DNA of 64,000 nt from contig CAXXFF010000001.1 in assembly GCA_963676835.2 (NCBI GenBank), positions 884,795 to 948,794 on the forward strand, given 5' to 3'. The stretch is from Marispirochaeta sp. Lineage in GTDB: Bacteria; Spirochaetota; Spirochaetia; JC444; Marispirochaetaceae. The translations under genes and the position numbers were made by a program. The notes under the pieces are model-generated. The model searched no databases. It was not told where the DNA came from and worked only from the letters and a program-made list of their open reading frames with translations. Numbering within the stretch: the first letter of the stretch is position 1; every line of letters starts with the position of its first letter. Shown piece by piece: positions 29,881 to 38,730 of this stretch.

Positions 29881-30651
29881 ATGAAGCTGCCCCTCTTCCC
29901 CGAAACTCCAAGACCTCTTCTTTTCGCCCACAGGGGCTGTTCCGAACTCTGCCCTGAAAACACCATGCCCGCCTTTAGAATGGCGGCGGAGAAAAACATT
30001 CAGGGAATAGAGCTGGATATTCAGCTTTCCGCCGATGGAGGAATTGTCGTATTCCACGACAGGGATTTATCGCGTATCTGCGGTATTGGTAGGAACGTAT
30101 CCGATTTAACCGTCCGGGAACTTGCCACGGCGGATGCTGGAATCTGGAAAGGTGAAGACTTCAAAGAAACCGGTATCCCCCTGCTGAAAGAGGTACTTAC
30201 AGAACTGGCGGACACAATGCTCTTTGATATAGAAATCAAATACTATAACGCCGCTGCCGCACTACCCCTGGTAAAAGGCCTTGCAGGGCTCATTAACGAA
30301 CTGAATATACCGGCAGGAAGGCTCTGCCTCAGCAGCTTTGATCCACGGATAATCTACCGTGTTAAGAAGGTTATCCCCACCATACCTGCCGGGTTGATTT
30401 ACGAAGCATCATCCCTCCCCCTGGGACTGGGAAAATCCGGTGCCGGTGTCTCCCTGATCGCCGCCCTTTGCGGTGCTGATTTTCTCAAACCCCGGGCAGA
30501 TCTTGCGGGACAGACAATGCGCCTTCCCCGGCTTTGCTGGACGGTGGATGATCACAATACCGCCCTTGCATGTCTCAACCAGGGAGCTGAAGGCATTATA
30601 TCAAACAGACCGGAAGAACTTATCGCCTCCCCCGGCCTCTATCCTGTCTGA
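29881..30651 (+). CDS. Glycerophosphodiester phosphodiesterase
   Basis: AHRG..PENT..AF, IELD, VVFHD, IEIK, WTVD, GIISNRP; TTGACC-17-CATTAT promoter 6 nt before ATG 29881. Confidence 0.92.
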   Translation: MKLPLFPETPRPLLFAHRGCSELCPENTMPAFRMAAEKNIQGIELDIQLSADGGIVVFHDRDLSRICGIGRNVSDLTVRELATADAGIWKGEDFKETGIPLLKEVLTELADTMLFDIEIKYYNAAAALPLVKGLAGLINELNIPAGRLCLSSFDPRIIYRVKKVIPTIPAGLIYEASSLPLGLGKSGAGVSLIAALCGADFLKPRADLAGQTMRLPRLCWTVDDHNTALACLNQGAEGIISNRPEELIASPGLYPV

Positions 30652-30681
30652 TAGGATCCAGAAGAAGATTCAGAAAAAAGT

Positions 30682-32097
30682 TCAGCGGAAAACATCGAAG
30701 GTGAGAGCATTCCCCCGCTGATACAGGAGACTTATGTTTTCCAGACCCGGAACAGCCGCCGCTGCATCACAGAGGGTATTTTCGAGGCTCTCCACCCCCC
30801 CGAGATAACGAACTTCCAGAAAAAGAGACCCGTTTTTGAAAGACTGGCTCATGTTTCGCACCTGGTCCTTCAGCCTATCTTTCAGCTGGTTTGCAGCGGC
30901 AGAGCTATTAATATTAATAATCTCAACCGTATAGGGAATACCCTTAACCAGCATATCCCGTACTCCCTCCTCGGAAATACCGGTGATATCCGGAAGCATC
31001 TGCGTAAGTCCCCTGACCAGTACAGCAGCAGAGGCTTCCTCTTCGCTGTTATAGCCGGAGACGGTAATTCCCCGGGGACTCCGGAGCATTCCCAGATCTT
31101 TCCAGCTGCTCGCCTCCATAATACCTATTCTGAAAAGCACTTCACCGCTGTATGAACCGTTACTGAAACCGGTCTCGACTTCCGCATCAATTGTAAGGGC
31201 AATATCAGCACGCAGCTTATCCGCAGTCCACTGCATCAGCTCAATCTTTTTACCGGTTTCCGCTTCATAGGTTCCCTTCTGATCGTGCATCAAGGCCTCA
31301 ATGCTCTGGGGGCTGCTGACGGAGTACCCCCGCATATCAAGAAAGGTATTCAGAACCTCTGCAGCATCCACGGAGGCTTTATCAGTTTCATCAGCGGCAA
31401 GAACCATGAATTTCATGCTGGTTATATAATCAGTAAGCCTCTGACGCTCAGAGGAGGAAAGATCGAGCCTGCCAAGGTCAACACTCCCCTTCTCTTCTGC
31501 GGCGGATGACTTTGCCGCCGACTCCGCCAGGCTCGCAAGGGACGACACCTGGCCATCGGATCTACCGGCATCGGCAGTAAAAGAGTCCAGCCAGGGGGGA
31601 GCTTCTTCGTCTTCCAGCACCGGCAGATCAGCAGAGGAGGAAAACAGATCACCGCCGATACCCGCTGCCTCCAGACGTTTAACAAGATACAGCGTAACTA
31701 TCCGTCCCCGGATCGCTGCCTCCACCTGATTATCCATTTCACTGATGGTACCCAGATTCTCCAGGCTGCCTTCTTTATAATAATCTGATCCGTTAGAAGC
31801 ATCAGAAGAAAAGAGCCGGTCAAGCTTATCCACACTACTGACCGCAAGAGCTGGTCCCAGAAGAGTTTCCGCAGCTCTGCGAATCCCGTCAAGGAGAGCC
31901 GCTTCACGGGCATCATCACTGTTTACAGCTGCACCACGGCCGTAAACCAGAGGGAACGACGGCTCTATTTCTGATACTGTCGAAGGTTTGGAAAGGCCTT
32001 CCTCGGATGAGGGACCCGGCGGAGTTGCACAGGAAAAAAGAAAACTTGCGACTATAGCTACAATAACTGCAATAGAGATGACGCGGGGATGAACCAT
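30682..32097 (-). CDS. Lipoprotein with FlgT-N/LPP20-like and CsgG/FlgT-like domains
   Basis: Lipobox LFSC; VYGRGAA...AREAALLDGIRRAAE motif resembles FlgT_N; the family call is tentative. Confidence 0.5.
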   Translation of the reverse strand: MVHPRVISIAVIVAIVASFLFSCATPPGPSSEEGLSKPSTVSEIEPSFPLVYGRGAAVNSDDAREAALLDGIRRAAETLLGPALAVSSVDKLDRLFSSDASNGSDYYKEGSLENLGTISEMDNQVEAAIRGRIVTLYLVKRLEAAGIGGDLFSSSADLPVLEDEEAPPWLDSFTADAGRSDGQVSSLASLAESAAKSSAAEEKGSVDLGRLDLSSSERQRLTDYITSMKFMVLAADETDKASVDAAEVLNTFLDMRGYSVSSPQSIEALMHDQKGTYEAETGKKIELMQWTADKLRADIALTIDAEVETGFSNGSYSGEVLFRIGIMEASSWKDLGMLRSPRGITVSGYNSEEEASAAVLVRGLTQMLPDITGISEEGVRDMLVKGIPYTVEIININSSAAANQLKDRLKDQVRNMSQSFKNGSLFLEVRYLGGVESLENTLCDAAAAVPGLENISLLYQRGNALTFDVFR

Positions 32098-32127
32098 TAA
32101 AAAGACACTCCTTACATTACCGGGCTG

Positions 32128-33210
32128 TCAGAATTTCCAGCGAAAGCCTCCAACAGCTCTTACTCCGTTATAACCGTAAGAACCGTCATCTGCAATACCA
32201 TTCAGATCAATCCATGATCCATATCCCCCATTCAGAAACAGGGCAAAATTTTTGCCCCCCCTGAACAGCACCTCCAGGCCGCCGTAGCCCCCGGCATAAG
32301 AAAGTCTCATGGCCTCACTGCCGTTTATAAACGATCCGACACCAAAGGCACCCATGGGAGAAACAGTAAAGCGCCCGAAATACCAGACGTACTGGAGCCC
32401 CAGATAGGGAAAAATAATATCTCCCCCGGAAAAGACGCTGCGGCCCGTCATTAACTCCACACCCAGCAGAGGATACATTCGTGCAGAACCCAGGGTAGCC
32501 CGGGCCCTGAGACCGGTAAGGGGTGTGATATTTCCGTCGGAGGAGATAAAAAGACCGCCATAAAAATCAGTATCCAGACCTGCCCGGGACAGCGGAGTAA
32601 ACGCAGCAGCGCCTGAAGGATCGCCATACACCGGAACAGCGAATACCGCCGACCCGAAACGCTCTTTTATTAGAAGCAGCCCGGAGCTCTCATTTCCCAG
32701 AGCCGCCATCTCGTCACCGGGACCGATAGCGGGGAATGCTGCAGCGGGTATAACATAGGTTGACCCCAGCATGGTGAGAAGACCACCGCCGGGGGCTCCC
32801 GGGAGAGTGCGAAAAAGAGCCTTGATCTGTTTATGAAAATCCTCAGCTGCCGAGGTTAAAGACTCGAAACGGTCAAAACCGACTCCCAGAGCCGGCATGG
32901 CATTATCCTGAAAGAGAATCTCACCTTCAGAACCGGTAGTAGAATCAAAAAAGGAACAGGAAAGCAGAAGCTCCACACCGATCAACCCATCCTCGGTTCT
33001 GGTGGAAATTTCATTGACAGTACATGACAGAGTTCCACGGATCCCGGACTCTGTGCCTGGTACTGCGGACAGGGCGCTTCGGTTAAAAATTTCGGCCTCA
33101 GGAAGAGTCAGCAGCCCCGCAGGATCAGATAACGGAATAACTGTAATCTGAGCAAAGAGAACCCCGGTGAATAAAATAAGAAAAGCGTGGAAATACAATT
33201 TTCGCATCAT
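32128..33210 (-). CDS. Putative outer-membrane protein with C-terminal beta-barrel
   Basis: Signal peptide; about 8 Gly/aromatic amphipathic strands ending GGFRWKF*. Confidence 0.6.
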   Translation of the reverse strand: MMRKLYFHAFLILFTGVLFAQITVIPLSDPAGLLTLPEAEIFNRSALSAVPGTESGIRGTLSCTVNEISTRTEDGLIGVELLLSCSFFDSTTGSEGEILFQDNAMPALGVGFDRFESLTSAAEDFHKQIKALFRTLPGAPGGGLLTMLGSTYVIPAAAFPAIGPGDEMAALGNESSGLLLIKERFGSAVFAVPVYGDPSGAAAFTPLSRAGLDTDFYGGLFISSDGNITPLTGLRARATLGSARMYPLLGVELMTGRSVFSGGDIIFPYLGLQYVWYFGRFTVSPMGAFGVGSFINGSEAMRLSYAGGYGGLEVLFRGGKNFALFLNGGYGSWIDLNGIADDGSYGYNGVRAVGGFRWKF

Positions 33211-33212
33211 TA

Positions 33213-35063
33213 TCAGACTCCGGCGCTATTGGAATCCGCACTGTTTCCGCTCAGCTGCAGTTCACTTTTAAGAATAAGGAAATCATCTATACGAAAAGCT
33301 GTGCCGTTTCCGCCAAGCCAGAGCTCTAAGTCACCGGGAGCATCTGAATAAGGAAAGCGCACCTCATTACCTCCGGGACCGCGGATCAATACCGCATCGG
33401 AAAGAACTTTCCATTCCATACGGAAAAGCTCCCGGGAAAGATCTCCCGAAAGCAGAACAGCGGAGGATTTACTGCGGATTTCATAGCTTCCCGTATGATT
33501 GTCACCGGCCAGATGTAATTCGACAGCTCCTTCCGCCGCCTTCGGCACAGGAACAGGGAAACCGGCACTCCCTGATTCTTCTATTTTCAGAGACCCCGGA
33601 GAGTCGGATACGGTTATTCCGCCACTGCCGGGCAGAAGCAGAGAGTCGGGAATCCCGCCGTCAAATCCTTCTGCGGCAAGGAGTCTCTTCCCGTAACGGT
33701 CCTTCATTGCAGCGGCAAACAGGGTAGAATCCGTTCCGGAAGATCCATCAGCTTTGCGAAGATAGATACCAAACTCATCCAGCACTCCGGAAAAACCGGC
33801 TCCTATTTCAAGCTTATTCACCACTGCCGGCAGTGGTGAAGCATAAAGCGTACGGGTATCCCGCAGGCGACCGTCCACATAGAAATAGACCCCGGTACTT
33901 CCCTTTCGGGGAAGAATACTCAGTGCAAGAAACCGGGGAGAAGAGAAAAAGCCCGGGGAAAGCGGGAATATTTCCTGCTGGTCACCCAGAATAAACTGAA
34001 GCCCTTCAGTATTCAGTATTGCAGATACGACGGCCTCTTCCACCTCTCCAGACATTGAGTACAGGGAAAACAAGTGGCCGGGGCTCTGAAAAAGGCCTTT
34101 TATTTCAATGGTGCAGGGCCCTGCAATTCCCCGGGAGACTGGAAACATATGAGTACTGTCTGCAGCGGCGGCAATCAGGGAGTCTTCAGTGCTGAAACGG
34201 AAACCGAAGACGCCCTCTTCCACTGCCAGTTCCGGATTGCTTACCAGGCTGAGGTCTATATCCGGAATAAATCCGTCTGATTCTGTGGTTCCGCGAAAAT
34301 GGAAAAGAGTACTGAAGGATTCCTCCGGAGCAAGTTCGCCCCGGACAGGCCCGGGATCAGAAGAGACAAAGGCCTCCATACGGAACCGCTCGGAAGCGAC
34401 AAATTCATATTCAGTCTCCGGTGCAGGAGGATAGGGAAACAGCTCCACCAGCACAGGATACACCCCTTCAATTTCAGGAACCTGCCAGCTGACAAGAGCA
34501 GCCCCGTCTTCGACGAGTCCGGAAGAGAGAACCTTTCCCCCGGCGGTCCAGCGCAGAAAGGGATTATCATAGCCAGACTGTTCAATATCTGCAAAGAAGA
34601 GCATTCCTTCTCCAGGTTTGGCTGCGGGAGGATAGGCAGAGAGCCCCTGAATAACAGACAGCCCGGGAGTAATGAAAAAAGGAAGAGAAAAGGGAAGAAC
34701 CCCGCTGTTGCTGCTGCCTCCGGCCTCAACAGTAAGGGTATAAAATCCCGACTGAAGATTTTCCGTATTCAGTGCATCTATTGAAGGTGCAGCAGTCATG
34801 GTCCAGGTTTTAATCTGATTCCCGCTGAAATCATAGAGAGCCAGATCCAGAGAGGAAGGAAGGTCACTGTCCTCTGATGAAGTCAGTGTTACCGGAAGGA
34901 TATCCCCCTGCTCCAGAGCTGTTCCGGGGGATAGACTCTGAACAAGGAGGTCATCGCCGCTGTAAAAATCCAGGAGTGCAGAATCCCCGCACCCGTGGAA
35001 CAAAAGAATAAAAAGGGACGTTATAATCAGCCTGGAAAATACCAGAATACGGGAATGCAACAC
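33213..35063 (-). CDS. Beta-rich lipoprotein with Ig-like and LamG/ConA-like domains
   Basis: Lipobox FHGC; YFYVDG and FSGVLDEFGIY are LamG-like signatures; GTG start with upstream AGGAG. Confidence 0.6.
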   Translation of the reverse strand: MLHSRILVFSRLIITSLFILLFHGCGDSALLDFYSGDDLLVQSLSPGTALEQGDILPVTLTSSEDSDLPSSLDLALYDFSGNQIKTWTMTAAPSIDALNTENLQSGFYTLTVEAGGSSNSGVLPFSLPFFITPGLSVIQGLSAYPPAAKPGEGMLFFADIEQSGYDNPFLRWTAGGKVLSSGLVEDGAALVSWQVPEIEGVYPVLVELFPYPPAPETEYEFVASERFRMEAFVSSDPGPVRGELAPEESFSTLFHFRGTTESDGFIPDIDLSLVSNPELAVEEGVFGFRFSTEDSLIAAAADSTHMFPVSRGIAGPCTIEIKGLFQSPGHLFSLYSMSGEVEEAVVSAILNTEGLQFILGDQQEIFPLSPGFFSSPRFLALSILPRKGSTGVYFYVDGRLRDTRTLYASPLPAVVNKLEIGAGFSGVLDEFGIYLRKADGSSGTDSTLFAAAMKDRYGKRLLAAEGFDGGIPDSLLLPGSGGITVSDSPGSLKIEESGSAGFPVPVPKAAEGAVELHLAGDNHTGSYEIRSKSSAVLLSGDLSRELFRMEWKVLSDAVLIRGPGGNEVRFPYSDAPGDLELWLGGNGTAFRIDDFLILKSELQLSGNSADSNSAGV

Positions 35064-35130
35064 CCTTTTAAAAGCCTCTCCTGATAAAAATATAATTCAA
35101 ACCCCGGTAATCCAGCAACGATAAAGAATC

Positions 35131-36276
35131 TTAGAATTCTTCTAAAAGTGAACCTTCTCCGGGAGAAAAGAAATCATCCATAAGCGACTCTTCTCCAAAG
35201 GGATCCGATTCAGAACCGGCAAGATCACGATAAAGTTTGAACCAGTATTCTACCCGGGCAAGCTCTTTTCTCCGCTGCTCGAAACGGGCGGCAAAATTCC
35301 TGAAAAAACTGGAGGCCGTAACATCGCCGACCTGAACCTCCCTGCCGAGGCCGTCACGGACTACATACCGGTTGAGCTCCTGCAGCCGGAAAAATGTCTG
35401 CCGGTAAAAAGGAAGCACACTGCGCATCTCACCGATTGGAGATGATATTTCCGAACGGAAGCGCATGAAATCACCTCTGCCGAGGGTAACTTCCCCGGAA
35501 GTATACCGTTTAAGCCTCTCCTCAAAAGGTCTGAGTTTTGCTACAGCGGCCTCAAATCTGGGATCTATACGCTGAAACTGCTGAATATAGGCTTTGAGAA
35601 AAACCGGGGCGCCGGAACGGAAAATCTCCAGCCGTTCCTTCTTCCAGGCAGCCCTGTACTCGTCAAAATCATCGGGATCAACATCAAGGGATGCAACCGC
35701 ATCTCCGGGAACCTTCTCCACCGCCTGGCCCGGATATGCCATTACTTCCTGCCGGTTCAGATCCTGACAGCTGACACGGCCCTCATCACAAAGAACAAGG
35801 ACACCGCCATCGGGGGAGGTGACGACTTCAAACTGGGTTCCCCGTACACCCATGGCGGCACTTTCTGTCCGCACCGTAAGAGACTCATTACCTGTCAGTT
35901 TTGCAACCTTCAGGGAGATATTTCCGGTCAGAACCTCCAGCCGGGTGCGGGATGCTCCGTTTTCCATGCTGCTTTCCACCCGGAAGGTAGTATCACTGCC
36001 TACATGAATTGTAGTACCACGGCGCTGCAGGGTGCTGAGTGAAAAATCAACCAGACCATCATCACCTGTCTGAATAGTATCGGAAGCATCCAGACTGTAG
36101 CCGATATCTTCGGGAAAAAGCTCTACAACCTCGCCATCACGGTGAATGTCTACAATTCCTTCCAGATAATCTATCTTTCCAACTGTCTGGGAATAGAGAG
36201 GGAGGGAGAAAGAAAGAGCGAGTAAAATCACAAGGGCGACAAACAGCGCCCGGCATTTTCTGTTACAGTGCAGCAT
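35131..36276 (-). CDS. Secreted FecR-domain protein
   Basis: Signal peptide; DTIQTG.DG, VRTESAAMGVRGTQFEV...V.C.EGRV FecR motif; helical C-terminus. Confidence 0.85.
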   Translation of the reverse strand: MLHCNRKCRALFVALVILLALSFSLPLYSQTVGKIDYLEGIVDIHRDGEVVELFPEDIGYSLDASDTIQTGDDGLVDFSLSTLQRRGTTIHVGSDTTFRVESSMENGASRTRLEVLTGNISLKVAKLTGNESLTVRTESAAMGVRGTQFEVVTSPDGGVLVLCDEGRVSCQDLNRQEVMAYPGQAVEKVPGDAVASLDVDPDDFDEYRAAWKKERLEIFRSGAPVFLKAYIQQFQRIDPRFEAAVAKLRPFEERLKRYTSGEVTLGRGDFMRFRSEISSPIGEMRSVLPFYRQTFFRLQELNRYVVRDGLGREVQVGDVTASSFFRNFAARFEQRRKELARVEYWFKLYRDLAGSESDPFGEESLMDDFFSPGEGSLLEEF

Positions 36277-36304
36277 TTATTAACTCCTTACAGGGTCGAA
36301 TTTA

Positions 36305-37567
36305 TCACGATGATTTGGCCCCATCAATAGAAGCCCATAAACTGATTAAAGAAAGTACCATTTCTGATGCAAAAGTCATGGTTTCAAGAGAAGCCCACTC
36401 CCGGAGGCTGTGAAAATTATGTCCCCCGGTAAAAAGGTTCGGAGTGGGTATGCCTATCTCCGAAAGACGGGCACCGTCGGTCCCTCCGCGGATGGCAGTA
36501 TACCTGGCGTCGAGTCCCAGGGACTCTATCGCCTTATAGGCAAGGTCCAGCACAAGCGGATCCTTCTGAAAAGCCTCACGCATATTGAGGTACTGCTTTT
36601 GAGTCTGCACTTCCACTTTGCCACCGGGAAAGGCCGCTTCCACTGCGGAAGCGAAGTTATCCAGAGCCTTAAGACGCCGTTCAAGGATTGATATTTCAAA
36701 ATCACGAATAATAAGAGAGAGTTCTGCTTTCTCCATATGGCCGGAAGCTTCGGTGGTATGGAAAAAACCATAACGGCCGTCGGTGGCCTCGGGACTCTCT
36801 GTCCGGGGCAGCAGATTGATAAACATGCCAAGCATGGAAAGGGCATTTACCAGCCGGCCTCTTGCCCGCCCCGGGTGGGCGGCGATACCATTAAAGGTTA
36901 TGTGAGCTTTCCAGGCATTGAAGCATTCAGCTTCCATGGTTCCCCGGACATCTCCATCCAGGGTATAGCAGCAGCGGGATTTCAACTTTTCCCGGGGAAA
37001 ACGGTCCATTCCTTTGCCGGTCTCTTCGTCGGGGGTAAAAATAATCTCCAGAGGCCCATGGTCAATCTCGGGATGAGCAGAAAGGTACTCAACCGCCGCC
37101 ATTATTTCTGCTATGCCCGCCTTATCATCAGCCCCGAGCAGTGTTGTGCCATCGGAAGTAATGATGGTCTGACCCAGGCAGTCACCCAGGTCGTCCAGTT
37201 CGGCCGGGTCCAGGGTAATGCCGTTTTCAAGGACAATTGGAGATCCGTCCCAGGCTTCATGAACCCGGGGTTTGACATCTTTACCGGAAACATCCGCTGC
37301 GGTATCCACATGCGCCATAAACCCCACTACCGGAGCATTTGCCCCTGCCCCTCTGCCGGGGATACGGCCGATAAGAAAGCCCTGACTGTCCAGTTCCACC
37401 TGAACATCAAGCGATAGAAGCTCCTCTTTAAGCAGATTTAATAGATCCCACTGCCTTTCGGTGGTGGGAGAACTGTCAATATGAGCATCTGAAGTGGTCC
37501 ATATCCGGGCATAGCGGATAAAACGTTCAAGCAGCTTCGGAGACGAAATATGATCTGAATTCTTCAT
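36305..37567 (-). CDS. pepT: Peptidase T (M20B)
   Basis: AHVDT, LLGADDKAG, FTPDEE, YTLDG, IRGGTDG, NFHS..EW. Confidence 0.95.
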   Translation of the reverse strand: MKNSDHISSPKLLERFIRYARIWTTSDAHIDSSPTTERQWDLLNLLKEELLSLDVQVELDSQGFLIGRIPGRGAGANAPVVGFMAHVDTAADVSGKDVKPRVHEAWDGSPIVLENGITLDPAELDDLGDCLGQTIITSDGTTLLGADDKAGIAEIMAAVEYLSAHPEIDHGPLEIIFTPDEETGKGMDRFPREKLKSRCCYTLDGDVRGTMEAECFNAWKAHITFNGIAAHPGRARGRLVNALSMLGMFINLLPRTESPEATDGRYGFFHTTEASGHMEKAELSLIIRDFEISILERRLKALDNFASAVEAAFPGGKVEVQTQKQYLNMREAFQKDPLVLDLAYKAIESLGLDARYTAIRGGTDGARLSEIGIPTPNLFTGGHNFHSLREWASLETMTFASEMVLSLISLWASIDGAKSS

Positions 37568-37627
37568 AACCGCCTGAGTATATCATGGTGAGTTGCCTTT
37601 TAGTAAGTGATTATCTATATTGATCCA

Positions 37628-38524
37628 ATGCAGATACCAGACTACCCAGAGTTTGAACCCATAAGCGCAGATATGCGCGACGAACTGCACCCGCCCCTTG
37701 CCCACCTGAAATTCGGAATATCTGAATTCACCTTTGCCAACCTTTTTCTGTTCAGAGAAACCTATAACTATAGAATCAGCAGACTGAAAGACGGCAGCCA
37801 TATTATCTCAGGTGAAAAGGACGGTGAAAAGTTTGTAATGCTGCCCTTCGGGCTGCCGGACCAGGAAACCCTTGTTTCCCTTTTTTCCGACCACACTTAT
37901 ATAAAGAATCTTGCAGAACCGGCTGCGGCGGCTGCCCGGATAGAGCTCGAACGAATGGGCTTCTGCCTGATCGAAGACAGAGACAACTTCGACTATCTTT
38001 ATCTGACTAAAGATCTGGCCCACCTTCCGGGCAAGAAGTATCACAAGAAGCGGAATCTGGTAAAACAGTTTCTGAATAATTATGAATACTCTGAAATAAA
38101 GATAGATGAACAGAATATAGATGATGCTTTTCTTGTTGCCCGGCAGTGGGCTGAAGGAAGGGAGGATCCAGGCGATACCAAAGCCGCCCTGGAAGCCCTT
38201 GAGTTAAGCAGTTTTCTCGATCTATGGGGTTATCTCTATTACGTGGACGGTACCCCCGCAGCCTATGTACTGGGTGAATCCATTGCACGGGGCAAGGGAG
38301 TTGTTGTACATTTTGAAAAGGCTGTGGGAGACTACAAGGGGATTTACCAGTTTATCAATAAGTCCTTTGCGTCTATTCTCCCTCATCATTTCAGTTTTAT
38401 TAACCGTGAGCAGGATCTGGGGGATCCGGGGCTCAGACAGGCCAAGATGACATACCGTCCGTCCGGTTTTGTACGTAAATACAGGGTTTATGTCGATCCA
38501 ACCTGCCCATGTCCGGGCAACTAA
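37628..38524 (+). CDS. DUF2156 / aminoacyl-phosphatidylglycerol synthase C-terminal-like (GNAT/Fem) protein
   Basis: SEFTFANLF, RDNFDYLY, L.GKKYHKKRN, HFEKA, INREQDLG.PGLRQAK.TYRP; start ATG 37628. Confidence 0.88.
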   Translation: MQIPDYPEFEPISADMRDELHPPLAHLKFGISEFTFANLFLFRETYNYRISRLKDGSHIISGEKDGEKFVMLPFGLPDQETLVSLFSDHTYIKNLAEPAAAAARIELERMGFCLIEDRDNFDYLYLTKDLAHLPGKKYHKKRNLVKQFLNNYEYSEIKIDEQNIDDAFLVARQWAEGREDPGDTKAALEALELSSFLDLWGYLYYVDGTPAAYVLGESIARGKGVVVHFEKAVGDYKGIYQFINKSFASILPHHFSFINREQDLGDPGLRQAKMTYRPSGFVRKYRVYVDPTCPCPGN

Positions 38525-38676
38525 GGACAACAGGGCTACAGGTGAACACAAAACAGAAGTTTTTTGGCTGTTTTCATACACCGTGGTAGCTTTTTTCAGT
38601 TTATACAAAGAGGTATTTTTTGCAGTGAGTCAGTAATTCATTGCAGGATATAAATTAAAAAACATGTACTTTTTTA

Positions 38677-38692
38677 TGGCATGTTTTTTGCT
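38677..38692 (+). promoter_or_regulatory. Sigma-54 (-24/-12) promoter of glnA
   Basis: TGGCATG-TTTT-TTGCT with exact GG-N10-GC spacing, in an AT-rich region about 40 nt before the start. Confidence 0.85.
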
Positions 38693-38730
38693 TCTAATTA
38701 AGAAGTAAATATTCCACCAAGGAGCGTAAT

